Virus record (IMG/VR): IMGVR_UViG_3300020182_000022
Span: 18,262-82,261 of that record
Source of the DNA: a virus
Direction: 5' to 3' (one strand)
Length of the DNA: 64,000 nt
Below are positions 1 to 9,075 of this stretch, piece after piece (the stretch's first letter is position 1; the number at the start of each line of letters is the position of its first letter). The notes beneath the pieces are model-generated. The model saw nothing but the letters and a program-made list of their open reading frames with translations. It did not search any database and was not told where the DNA came from. Made by a program: the position numbers and the translations under genes.

Positions 1-2386
1 TAATATCGTTATTCTTACATGTCTCCACCACTGTCGGGTTGATTATCTGTTCGCCAAATTCCCCCGGGCGACCATTTACCTCGTTCAAGCTGTATTCTGA
101 AGCGGATAACCAGTTACTCGATGGGTTTGTTGTTCTAGAGTCTGCTAGAAAATTAATCTCCTCCGGAACTGCGCATGCTATTACATTGTTATTTTTACCG
201 GAAATTTTAATAGTTGAAACTGTATCATATAATGTTACCCAATAATCAAGGTTCTTATCTAAACTAACACTACTGGGACTGTACCCATATGCATCATTAT
301 CTCCGGGGTAAAAGTAAGCACTAATACTTGGTAGTAGTGAGCTTATATCAATCTCAGCTCTCGTAGCACCTCGTCTGTTATATCGTAATATTCTATCTGT
401 ATCACTATCCACGATGATCACTTCACCGGTGGGTTCAGTTGCGAAACCATACATACCACTATTACCAGGAGATGTAGTAGTTACCGGTTGTGAATATGTT
501 TGTGTTGCACCGTCTTCACCATAACTAAACTCCCGGAAATAAACCGGTTTGATTTGATGAAATAAATCGTTAGATGGATTAGTTAGGTAGTAAAACATTA
601 CTTCATAATTAAAATACAGAGGAGGGTCGACTAGTGTGTGTGTAAATAGTCTAAATTGATTGTCTCCTGATACATTATCCCAGGTGTTATCAATGTTCAT
701 GAACGCGTTCCATGTCCCGGGCGTTCTCATAGGCAGATCGTTGTTGATAATTTCAGTATACATGCTATTATCAGGTTCATATCTTGAATCGGGGGCGATA
801 TACGCATAATATTTCCGACCATCAATTGTACTCCACCATCTAGGACTACCAGGCCCATATACATAGTCCCTTAACGGTGTGTTCAGTAAAATTTCGCGAG
901 TATCTTTATCAACTTGTGATAGTAGTAGTGTCACTACCTCCCCGGTGGGGACTGGTGCAGTCTCGCGAGTTGGATGGGTTATAACCAACCGGATGAACGC
1001 GTCCTTACTATCTGGATAGATTGTACCGACATCCCATACCTTAAAATCATCGGATGAGGATATTGCTGTAGTCACTCGAGTGAATGTAGAGTCTGTCCCG
1101 GATAGGTACATTGTCACGAATCCTTGAGCAGTCAACACATCGGTGGTGATATCTCCTCCAGAGAATGCAGAACTAGGTGCTAACCACCCGCTACTTAACG
1201 GCACAATATCATCAGTGCATATTATGTTACCACTAACATCCTGTGTTCGTACTGATAATGAGAATGGTGAGTCTAGGTATTTGTTCGCGTTTATCTTAAA
1301 ACTCTGAATACCGTTGCTTGATATATTTAGAGAGCTAGGTGGATTAAACTTAACCTTGATGGGTAGGCCTACTTTTTGCGTTTCGTATATCTGAAAGTAA
1401 TCGTTTTTTAATAGTTCAAATTTTGTTATGTCGCTATCATTTTCAGTTACAGGGAACTTGCTAGTATCAAAACTAGCGAACAGTATTACATCCTTAGGTT
1501 CAGTAACTGGGACGGCATTAGCTGCTGTGTATGAATCGGGTATATTATCATTTTTTAAAGTCGCATCACTTGATCCGGATTTGTTTTCCCTAGCTGCGCT
1601 TGTTAATTTATTCGCATTATCATCCAGATAGTTGACGATTGCTAGGCCGCTAGTACCGGCGAAGACTCCGTCAGGGTCATCGTATGTTGTATGTACTATC
1701 TCGTTGTTGACATTTTTTACGTATATATGATCGTTGTCGTCAGTCTGTACGCGTTCAACAGGTACCGTACTATCTTTAGATTCTAAAAATCTCCATGTAG
1801 GGCTTAGGTGGGCATCCGCCGAACTCCAATATAGTTCTGGTGTTAGTGGTCGTGAGTGACTCGATTGTGAGTATAGATTGATAAAATAGCCTCCGTCACC
1901 TGATACAACAGGCCATGACTGCCAGCTGTTATACCTGTATATCGTTAGATCATCGCTCGGTACTCCAAGTGAACATCTCTCCGGTAATCCGGATTCAATA
2001 GTGGGTGTATACCATGTTAGAGCGTCTGGTATATAGTTATATACCTTTATAGTTTGAGATCTCCGATTCCGGTGTGTTATACCGTTTTGGTCAGTAAAGA
2101 TCATTGTTACCTTATACTCCCCGGGGAATTTATATTGTTTTGATATCGAGTATCCGGTTTCATACGTACCGTCACCCATATCCCATATAAGTTTGTCTAG
2201 ACTTGCACCTACATAGGTACCAGCAATCGCTGATATGATGGGAGTGAATGTGAATTCAGTTACATCTAGTGTATAACCGGAGATTGCGCGGGATCCTGTT
2301 GAAATTTCCCCTAGTCCGTTACTGCAAGTAAAAGGTACAACCAGATCAGTAAAGCTAGTGAATTGAATATCCTGGTATGTTGCCAT
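1..2386 (-). CDS. Large baseplate/tail structural protein with N-terminal PKD domain and beta-propeller (NHL-like) repeats; 3' end runs off the window
   Basis: Not in the ORF track (no stop in window). ATG at 2386 just after the gp6 stop. Translation MATYQDIQFTSF...LIWDMGDGTYETGYSISKQYKFPGEYKVTMIFTD (PKD signature WDxGDG...YxxPGxYxV), later GMYGFATEPTGEVIIVDSDTDRILRY (propeller blade). Occupies the gp7 position next to gp6. Confidence 0.75.
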   Translation of the reverse strand, partial: MATYQDIQFTSFTDLVVPFTCSNGLGEISTGSRAISGYTLDVTEFTFTPIISAIAGTYVGASLDKLIWDMGDGTYETGYSISKQYKFPGEYKVTMIFTDQNGITHRNRRSQTIKVYNYIPDALTWYTPTIESGLPERCSLGVPSDDLTIYRYNSWQSWPVVSGDGGYFINLYSQSSHSRPLTPELYWSSADAHLSPTWRFLESKDSTVPVERVQTDDNDHIYVKNVNNEIVHTTYDDPDGVFAGTSGLAIVNYLDDNANKLTSAARENKSGSSDATLKNDNIPDSYTAANAVPVTEPKDVILFASFDTSKFPVTENDSDITKFELLKNDYFQIYETQKVGLPIKVKFNPPSSLNISSNGIQSFKINANKYLDSPFSLSVRTQDVSGNIICTDDIVPLSSGWLAPSSAFSGGDITTDVLTAQGFVTMYLSGTDSTFTRVTTAISSSDDFKVWDVGTIYPDSKDAFIRLVITHPTRETAPVPTGEVVTLLLSQVDKDTREILLNTPLRDYVYGPGSPRWWSTIDGRKYYAYIAPDSRYEPDNSMYTEIINNDLPMRTPGTWNAFMNIDNTWDNVSGDNQFRLFTHTLVDPPLYFNYEVMFYYLTNPSNDLFHQIKPVYFREFSYGEDGATQTYSQPVTTTSPGNSGMYGFATEPTGEVIIVDSDTDRILRYNRRGATRAEIDISSLLPSISAYFYPGDNDAYGYSPSSVSLDKNLDYWVTLYDTVSTIKISGKNNNVIACAVPEEINFLADSRTTNPSSNWLSASEYSLNEVNGRPGEFGEQIINPTVVETCKNNDI

Positions 2387-2387
2387 A

Positions 2388-4193
2388 TTAACTCTCTATA
2401 ATTATCTTCTTGTATAGATTGAATGCATCGTGTAAATATGGATATTTGTAGTAGGGTAATTTATAGTTTTGGTTCATTATTACTATGTCATTATCATATA
2501 CAGGGTTCCATATACATAAACTTAACCCAGGTAATGTTAGTGATAGGTCCGTACGTGAAGTAGATATCGACTCAACACCTTGTATGTTTTGTATTAACGA
2601 ACCGATTGTGTTTACTTCAATTAATTGTCCTAGCTCCATCTTAGTGTTCATAAAATACACAGCTATCGTGTCTGCTACTTCCTGTATAATTGCTGAATCT
2701 TCTCTTATGATCCCAGGTGTTTTTTGTATAACTAATTGAGTGTTATCTGATATCTCCGGTGTTACTACTTCTTGTCCTGTGGTGAGTCCTAAATTAACAC
2801 CAACAAATACAGGATCCATTAGAACAATCTCTTGGGATATCATTTTCTTCTTGTTGATGTCATTTAATATTAGCTCTTTCATTGATGGAGATATAAAGTT
2901 AGTCATAACAGATGCAGTTGTTGCTGCTGGCATAGACGGCACGCAGTATATGTATACATTATTGAATGTAGTTGATGTTGAAACTTGCATGTGATTGAAC
3001 ATCACTCTGCTCTCTTTATTGGGATATGAGATACCTACATCCTCGCTGAGATATCTCATATGACCATCGATATAAGTTGTGTTGTCGACAACTTTAGATG
3101 ATGTCAGTAAATTGCCGTAGCCTCTTTCTATATATGACTCATAATCGATTGCTGTTACTAGTCGATCTTGATTGGATAGATTTAATGGTGCTTTACGTTT
3201 TATTTCATCGACTGTCTCGCGTTGTTGTGGTATGGTACTGGGTTGAGTATTCGTAAATGACATTGTCTCGATGTTATCAAATGTTATATATTTGATATTT
3301 TCGGGTTTGATATCAGTCTTAATGGCATTGAATATATTACTACCATAGAGTGTCATCTTGAGCTCATCCAAGAAGTTCGCTCCTACTTGCCCTGCTTCTC
3401 CAGTAGACTCAAGATAATACACCCATACTTCGTCTCCTGAGTTTAACTTAGCGCCAGTGACATCATCACCAAACTTTAATTCATATATTTCATTCTCATT
3501 TAACCTTTTCTCAAAAACTCGATCAGTGGGGGTTGCTAAATACATTGATGTTGTTTCAGTATACTGGTAATATTTTCCGGAATCAAAGTCCTTAACATAC
3601 ACGTGAATGTGAAAGTGATCTAGTTTTGTTTTCTCTTCTATTGTATTTACATACACCGTCTCGAAGTCTTGACCAGTTGATTGTTGACCGGGAAGTTCAA
3701 CCCATTTACCTTGATATAGTAGATGCTTTTCTCCTATAATTGGTATGGGTTCATCACTGGGGGAATTTTTTGTAAATGATATATCAGCGTCGGTTGAGTA
3801 GTATGTATCGTTCGAGCTGATGAATGAGTACCTAGGTATAGTATATGTACCAGGGATAAGGTCTTCAGTAGCGAATGCATCGAAACTAAGATTACTAGTT
3901 TGATACCCGACAGGGTTATAGTTCAACATTTTAACTATACGGTTTACGTTTTCATATATAGTAGACTCGGTGAACATACTCTCAGTTGATGTTCTGTTGA
4001 GATAATATAGTAATGTATGGAAGCTATATGCAATCACATCAATAAACGATGACATGTTACTACCTCTGTATACCTGATCTGTGAAGGTTCCTTGTTCTGT
4101 TAGTCTGTTTATTATGAAATCTCTAAGACTTGTAGCATCGAAAGATGTATATGCTTTATCAGGTAAACTATATTCTGTATATTTATCGGTCAT
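2388..4193 (-). CDS. gp6: Baseplate wedge subunit, T4 gp6-like
   Basis: N-terminal FDATSLRDFI...FTDQVYRGSNMSSFIDVIAY, plus YELKFGDDVTG and ETVDEIKRKAP...QDRLVTAIDYE (gp6/gpJ motifs); adjacent to gp25. Confidence 0.9.
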   Translation of the reverse strand: MTDKYTEYSLPDKAYTSFDATSLRDFIINRLTEQGTFTDQVYRGSNMSSFIDVIAYSFHTLLYYLNRTSTESMFTESTIYENVNRIVKMLNYNPVGYQTSNLSFDAFATEDLIPGTYTIPRYSFISSNDTYYSTDADISFTKNSPSDEPIPIIGEKHLLYQGKWVELPGQQSTGQDFETVYVNTIEEKTKLDHFHIHVYVKDFDSGKYYQYTETTSMYLATPTDRVFEKRLNENEIYELKFGDDVTGAKLNSGDEVWVYYLESTGEAGQVGANFLDELKMTLYGSNIFNAIKTDIKPENIKYITFDNIETMSFTNTQPSTIPQQRETVDEIKRKAPLNLSNQDRLVTAIDYESYIERGYGNLLTSSKVVDNTTYIDGHMRYLSEDVGISYPNKESRVMFNHMQVSTSTTFNNVYIYCVPSMPAATTASVMTNFISPSMKELILNDINKKKMISQEIVLMDPVFVGVNLGLTTGQEVVTPEISDNTQLVIQKTPGIIREDSAIIQEVADTIAVYFMNTKMELGQLIEVNTIGSLIQNIQGVESISTSRTDLSLTLPGLSLCIWNPVYDNDIVIMNQNYKLPYYKYPYLHDAFNLYKKIIIES

Positions 4194-4194
4194 T

Positions 4195-4689
4195 TTAGCT
4201 GGTTGAGTTCGTCAGGAAGTTAAACCCGGGTTGGTTAAGGATTGCTTCATATGTCTTATCTATTATATTTAATGAGGGGATGGTGAGAACCAACTTTAAA
4301 TCGTATTGATTTCTCTCGGCATCCATATTAACTGTTATATTCTTCACACTTACACGTGGTTCAAATTTCTCAATACCCTCAACAATTGCTTCTCCGATTT
4401 CTTGAGCTATAAACTCATCAACCGGCTCAAATAACCATTTAGTTAAATTTAGACCAAACGTCGGATCTAAAATTTTTTCTCCGGGATTGGTGGTGAAGAT
4501 GTTTCTCAAGCTATTCATTATCGCTCCTTCATCGATCGATGTTTGTAAGTCTAGTCGTGTTACCTTACCATATAGAGAAGACGTTACAGGTCTCTCATCC
4601 TCTGTCAAATCTAGGTGTAGATCTCGGTATGTAGTTCTACGTTCTGTTTGAGTCGATCGACTCGCTACTCTGCTTACTTTAATGGCCAT
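4195..4689 (-). CDS. gp25: Baseplate wedge subunit, T4 gp25-like
   Basis: YRDLHLDL...AIMNSLRNIFTTNPGEKILDPTFG...LFEP...IEKFEPRV is the gp25/GPW signature. Confidence 0.92.
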   Translation of the reverse strand: MAIKVSRVASRSTQTERRTTYRDLHLDLTEDERPVTSSLYGKVTRLDLQTSIDEGAIMNSLRNIFTTNPGEKILDPTFGLNLTKWLFEPVDEFIAQEIGEAIVEGIEKFEPRVSVKNITVNMDAERNQYDLKLVLTIPSLNIIDKTYEAILNQPGFNFLTNSTS

Positions 4690-4696
4690 ACATAGA

Positions 4697-4704
4697 TATT
4701 TATA
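4697..4704 (-). promoter_or_regulatory. gp55-type late promoter TATAAATA for gp25
   Basis: Exact T4 late consensus 7 nt before the ATG at 4689. Confidence 0.75.
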
Positions 4705-4743
4705 CTGAGGTTATTGGAGCCGCTAGGAAAATCGTTGGGGTAA

Positions 4744-4751
4744 CATAAATA
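4744..4751 (+). promoter_or_regulatory. Late promoter CATAAATA
   Basis: 6 nt before the ATG at 4758; divergent from the gp25 promoter. Confidence 0.7.
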
Positions 4752-4757
4752 ATTAAT

Positions 4758-5360
4758 ATGAAAAGCAAGTTTGATGTAATTTTTGAAAATAACTTCTCTA
4801 GATTTCAAGGTGGTGGGTATCTCACAGGGGATATCATTAAGCTCAAGAAAGGCTGGGAGAAGAACGATTGGTGCAAGGAAGCTCCGGAGCAAACGATAGA
4901 CATGCTCAAGGCGTTTGATGCAGAAGATCTTATCTTAAGAGTCAGTACAGTCAAGACTTTAAGACCAGCGGTTAATTCGAGTGTGGATGCTGCTGCTGGA
5001 GTTGATGGATTTCATATTGATGTGACACAAGAGACAGCTCCTGGTAGATACACTGGTGCTTTTATCACAGTACCACATCAATTAATCGAACTAGATGGAC
5101 CTAATGACAAGCTTCCGGATATTCCAGACTCAATGAAGAGGGATGAGAAGATTTCAGTTAAACCTAAATCACTAGAGGAAGACCAAGCAGAGAATAACCC
5201 GAACGGTATTACATCTGATACAGAGAATGACCCGGGGATGACCAATCCATTGAAGCAAACTGGAATGGATGACAAATTTAACAGGCGTTTACATGACAAG
5301 GATATCAAGCAACCTAAAGCGATTGCTGCAACATCATATACCGCTGGATATCTAGGATAA
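4758..5360 (+). CDS. Hypothetical late protein, possible internal head protein
   Basis: 200-aa ORF with late promoter; N-terminus MKSKFDVIFE resembles a capsid-targeting peptide ending in a (I/L)xE site. Confidence 0.7.
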   Translation: MKSKFDVIFENNFSRFQGGGYLTGDIIKLKKGWEKNDWCKEAPEQTIDMLKAFDAEDLILRVSTVKTLRPAVNSSVDAAAGVDGFHIDVTQETAPGRYTGAFITVPHQLIELDGPNDKLPDIPDSMKRDEKISVKPKSLEEDQAENNPNGITSDTENDPGMTNPLKQTGMDDKFNRRLHDKDIKQPKAIAATSYTAGYLG

Positions 5361-5369
5361 AATTTTATT

Positions 5370-5570
5370 ATGGCAATGAACATTAAAGGACAAGGGATCA
5401 CATCCAAGAAGGAGAGCCCAAAAGTAACAGCTAAACCAACTCGCGCTAAAGATGAAGAAGGTAAGTTTATCGGAGATGATAAATCAACACCAGATATTAA
5501 CGAAGCATGGGATGGTGGATATGCTCCTAAGAAGAAGAGCAAAAAGTCTAAGTCCTCTAAGTCTAAGTAA
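5370..5570 (+). CDS. Small basic hypothetical protein
   Basis: 66 aa, Lys-rich ends, internal RAKDEEGKFIGDDKSTPDINEAW; follows 4758..5360. Confidence 0.65.
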   Translation: MAMNIKGQGITSKKESPKVTAKPTRAKDEEGKFIGDDKSTPDINEAWDGGYAPKKKSKKSKSSKSK

Positions 5571-6480
5571 GAGCTAACAAGCAACTAAAGAAGTTAATCT
5601 CCGGATCAACCACGAATGTTGATCTGTACAGATGTTCAGCCACTACTATCAAGTGCTCTGATTTCTTTATATCAGGGGTGTTGGATTCATGTATACAGTT
5701 AAACAAGGCTCGTAGTAACTCTACATAATCACCATTGAACACATGTTCATTCTCTATAACCTTTTTACGGGCTTTGATTGCTAGTCCTTCCTTGGCGATC
5801 TTATATATGTTCTCTACGAACTTATCTTTAACCTTGACTAGATTGTCAAACTCGATTTTACCATCAATACAATTCTTCTGGATCTCGTTTATACATTTAC
5901 GTAGATCAGGATAACATGTCTTGACAAATTCATCTAGACGGTCGATATCACTTTCCAGTACCGAGATGTTCTCGAGTTTGAGTATCTGCTTGATTCTATC
6001 AGAGCATCCTGAGAGTGACGGTGTTAGATCGAATGATTGGCAGCGGCTCTGTAGAGGTGGTATGATTCTGTGATTGTAATTAGCAGTTAGTATGAATCTA
6101 GTCAATCCGGCATGATCTTCCATTGTGTTACGTAGAGCTCGTTGAGCGTCTAAGCTCAATCCATCAGTCTCATCTAATATAATACATTTGATAGTACCAT
6201 CAAAGCTTTTGGTCCTTGAGAAATTAGTAACCTTGGTACGGATCATGTCTATACCGTTCTCGTCACTAGCATTGATATACAAGTACTGACATTCTAACAT
6301 TGAGTTGCATATGATCTTAGCTAAGCTAGTTTTGCCTATACCAGCTGATCCAGAGAAGAGTAAGTTAGGAATCTCGCGAGCTTTGTCGAACTTCTCAAAG
6401 CATCTCCGGTTGGCGTCACTCAACACCATTGATCCTAGATCACTAGGTCTGTATTTCTCGACCCAGAGATTATCAAACAT
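5563..6480 (-). CDS. gp44: Clamp loader AAA+ ATPase subunit (T4 gp44/RFC-small-like)
   Basis: LWVEKYRP, Walker A GSAGIGKTS, INASDENG, Walker B IILDETD, PLQSRC (SRC motif), PDLRKCIN. Confidence 0.95.
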   Translation of the reverse strand: MFDNLWVEKYRPSDLGSMVLSDANRRCFEKFDKAREIPNLLFSGSAGIGKTSLAKIICNSMLECQYLYINASDENGIDMIRTKVTNFSRTKSFDGTIKCIILDETDGLSLDAQRALRNTMEDHAGLTRFILTANYNHRIIPPLQSRCQSFDLTPSLSGCSDRIKQILKLENISVLESDIDRLDEFVKTCYPDLRKCINEIQKNCIDGKIEFDNLVKVKDKFVENIYKIAKEGLAIKARKKVIENEHVFNGDYVELLRALFNCIHESNTPDIKKSEHLIVVAEHLYRSTFVVDPEINFFSCLLALT

Positions 6481-7111
6481 CTTTACCAGCCTCTTTCATC
6501 TTGTATAGCATATAATCCTTATCTGATTGCTGTGTTGATTGAAGTATAGTATGACAATCGGTATATACCCAGAAAGGGTCACCTTTATCGAGTTTAGGAT
6601 AAACGCTACGGTCACAATCAGGTAGAGCATGGGATGATGTTGTGTCACTGCTACCAAATCCTTTATCACCCCGGGCAGTCTCTGTTATCTCGTCAGTAAA
6701 CTCAAAGATCGGTTGTAACAATGGATATACTACCAATTGTGCAATCTTATCCCCTGATCGAACACGATATTCCTTGTCAGTACTAAAATTATACAACTTC
6801 ACACCTAAATCTCCTCGATATCCGTTATCAATAACACCTAGATGTGGTTGAATGTTGTGCTTGAATCCTAAACCACTTCTAGGCTCGATTCTGAACCAAT
6901 ATCCAGGTGATATATCAGCGACCGTTAGTCCGACTGGTATCACTTGACTGCCCATTGGCGGGATAACTTTATTCTCAACTGATACCAGATCATATCCAGA
7001 GTCTCCAGTGCCTGGTTCCTTGTTATTTGCAGTGGGTAGTACAGCATCAGCATGCGTCTTTTTAATTTTAATAACCGGGTCGTGTAGCGGTCTAATTCTC
7101 ATCGAGCTCAT
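6473..7111 (-). CDS. dut: Trimeric dUTPase with C-terminal extension
   Basis: Motifs GDSGYDL, RSGLG, GVIDNGYRG, KIAQLV and RGDKGFGSS. Confidence 0.95.
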   Translation of the reverse strand: MSSMRIRPLHDPVIKIKKTHADAVLPTANNKEPGTGDSGYDLVSVENKVIPPMGSQVIPVGLTVADISPGYWFRIEPRSGLGFKHNIQPHLGVIDNGYRGDLGVKLYNFSTDKEYRVRSGDKIAQLVVYPLLQPIFEFTDEITETARGDKGFGSSDTTSSHALPDCDRSVYPKLDKGDPFWVYTDCHTILQSTQQSDKDYMLYKMKEAGKDV

Positions 7112-7113
7112 TA

Positions 7114-7260
7114 TTATCCGTTTAAAAGAGTGTCTCCTGGGCGAGTATTAGATGAGCCTTCTACTGGCATTGAGTTGTTTGTCAACCATGTTAATAATTC
7201 GTTTAACTTGTTCGCAGGGATCGCAAATGATCCGTGACCTTGTATGTTTACTGTTACCAT
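7114..7260 (-). CDS. Small hypothetical protein (48 aa), first gene of the dut-gp44 operon
   Basis: ATG at 7260 (MVTVNIQGHGSF...) lies 6 nt after a TATAAT box; the track's upstream extension runs through the promoter. Confidence 0.65.
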   Translation of the reverse strand: MVTVNIQGHGSFAIPANKLNELLTWLTNNSMPVEGSSNTRPGDTLLNG

Positions 7261-7266
7261 ATGTGT

Positions 7267-7295
7267 ATTATACGGTCTGTCACTGTATAAGTCAA
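7267..7295 (-). promoter_or_regulatory. sigma70-type promoter
   Basis: TTGACT-17 nt-TATAAT-6 nt-ATG(7260). Confidence 0.85.
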
Positions 7296-7303
7296 CTTTA
7301 TTG

Positions 7304-7311
7304 TATAAATA
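7304..7311 (+). promoter_or_regulatory. Late promoter TATAAATA
   Basis: 5 nt before the ATG at 7317. Confidence 0.75.
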
Positions 7312-7316
7312 CCTAT

Positions 7317-7784
7317 ATGAGTGAGGAGAGCGATCGAGAGAATACAGTAAAAACACTAGTTGACCAGCTACGTGAAGGTAACACGCTTGCGAAAAAGGTG
7401 CAAAAAGCTGATTTTAATTTAGATCCTGCTGACTTGGAGCAGTTTATATTGAATAACTCAGGGAGATTGATACAGGATAGTATGGACACTATAGATAATA
7501 TAAAACAATTCATTATCAGTGCTCCTGAACCAGAAGATGTTCATTCATTAGCGGAATTATATAAAGCAAGCACTGGTGCTCTTGAGACTCTCAACAAGAT
7601 ATTCCTACAACAGAAGAAATCAGAGACTACTATCAAGGTAAAGACAATGGACATTCAATCCAAAACTCAATTAGCAGAACACAAACAAGAAAATCTAACG
7701 TTCACAAGAGAAGAGATTTTCGAACAACTGCTCAATTCAGGTAAAGTTATAGAAGCTGAGATTTCAGAAGAAGAAGATCTGTAA
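7317..7784 (+). CDS. Probable terminase small subunit (gp16-like)
   Basis: Start reassigned to 7317 (MSEESDRE). Helical pattern LIQDSMDTIDNIKQFIISAPEPEDVHSLAELYKASTGALETLNKI...TFTREEIFEQLL parallels T4-type gp16; late promoter. Confidence 0.55.
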   Translation: MSEESDRENTVKTLVDQLREGNTLAKKVQKADFNLDPADLEQFILNNSGRLIQDSMDTIDNIKQFIISAPEPEDVHSLAELYKASTGALETLNKIFLQQKKSETTIKVKTMDIQSKTQLAEHKQENLTFTREEIFEQLLNSGKVIEAEISEEEDL

Positions 7785-9074
7785 TCATTCTTCTGTCACG
7801 CCAGGCACACCTAACACTTGAGCGTTTGTGTATGTCTGTTGTAATCTTGTTGGTCTTCCAAACTTAGGTTCAATTATCTCTCCTTTGGTCGCGGAGTATT
7901 TCTTTATCTTGTTCTTGAGAAGATCAACAGCATGGGTAAATTCCTCAACCTTGAGTGATATTTGAGCTGGTTTGCCTTGAACCATTATGTTTTCACGGTT
8001 GCTTATCAACTCAAGTACCTTCCACAATCCTTTCAAGTGATCCTGTATTGCTTTGTGTACAGTCTCTATGAATATGATCATGCGAGTGTTGTGTGGGTAA
8101 TCGCTAACGAAATCCTGACCATGGCTGGTCTTGTTATGATCGAGAGGTGTCATTATTGATGTGATTGTCTCGTCTCTTGATGGATCTTCGATCATCTGCT
8201 TTAAATTTTTACGATAAACTTTATTTGTCTCCTTTGATAGGTCATTTATCAGTTGTTTTGAATCTTCACTGGCGCAATACAGTGCGACACTCGAAGTAGT
8301 GGATGGTATCGAGTGATTTGGGATTGCTTCAACATTATCATCATATATGGGTAGTGTTGATGTGTCTTCATACATGCTTAGGTTTTTTAACTGACCAACA
8401 CTCTCACTAAAATCAACGAAATACTCATTATCATCACCTAATAATTCAAGAAGATCGCGCTTTACCACTTCATGTGCAGTACGGAATTTCTCAATCCACC
8501 ATGATACAAACCAAGCGCTCATATCTTTCATTCCAAACGCGCTTTCTAGCTCTATATCGGTGTATTGACCTTCTAATGGAGGTACGATGATTTCTTGTTT
8601 CTTATCGGATACAATATTCGTTACACTCCACTCAGCGTTTGCATCTGAGTGCGTTTGGTCAGGTGACAGTGGTTTCCATTCTTTATCATATCCTTTATTC
8701 ACTATATCGACATTATTACCAGAAATAACAGGCTCACCATATATACCACCTGTTGATGTACTCAAGTGTGAGTTGTCACTCAACTGATCTCGTATATTCT
8801 TGTTTCTGATATTAGCAGGTGATGTCTTGTCCTTGACTATACCATCGTTATTGTCCTTTAACTTGATTGTACCGTCATTTAGTTTTTTAAAAAAGTCTAT
8901 TTTACTTGTGATAGGGTCACTATGACTGTCAGTATGCCAATACAGGCTGTTCATTGCAGTTTCACTAGGAAAAGCAGTCAACAGGCTTGTGTAGTCAGAT
9001 AAACGCTTTTGAAGGTCAGATGAACTAACTAAGTTTATGTCTATAATGAAGGGATCTAGTGTCTGTATCGCCAT
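7785..9074 (-). CDS. Hypothetical protein, last gene of the baseplate operon
   Basis: 429-aa ORF starting 1 nt after the gp27-like stop; no motif recognised. Confidence 0.7.
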   Translation of the reverse strand: MAIQTLDPFIIDINLVSSSDLQKRLSDYTSLLTAFPSETAMNSLYWHTDSHSDPITSKIDFFKKLNDGTIKLKDNNDGIVKDKTSPANIRNKNIRDQLSDNSHLSTSTGGIYGEPVISGNNVDIVNKGYDKEWKPLSPDQTHSDANAEWSVTNIVSDKKQEIIVPPLEGQYTDIELESAFGMKDMSAWFVSWWIEKFRTAHEVVKRDLLELLGDDNEYFVDFSESVGQLKNLSMYEDTSTLPIYDDNVEAIPNHSIPSTTSSVALYCASEDSKQLINDLSKETNKVYRKNLKQMIEDPSRDETITSIMTPLDHNKTSHGQDFVSDYPHNTRMIIFIETVHKAIQDHLKGLWKVLELISNRENIMVQGKPAQISLKVEEFTHAVDLLKNKIKKYSATKGEIIEPKFGRPTRLQQTYTNAQVLGVPGVTEE

Positions 9075-9075
9075 A

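Noticed and set aside
5563-6480. Absence of gp62 beside gp44 as a novel clamp-loader architecture
   Set aside because: Only part of the genome is visible; gp62 could be elsewhere or among the unrecognised small ORFs.
7152-7356. Long N-terminal extensions in the ORF track (7152, 7356; likewise 25677, 27005, 40041, 41444, 45215, 63068, 63113)
   Set aside because: They run through promoters or neighbouring genes; downstream starts fit the promoter spacing or stop/start overlaps.
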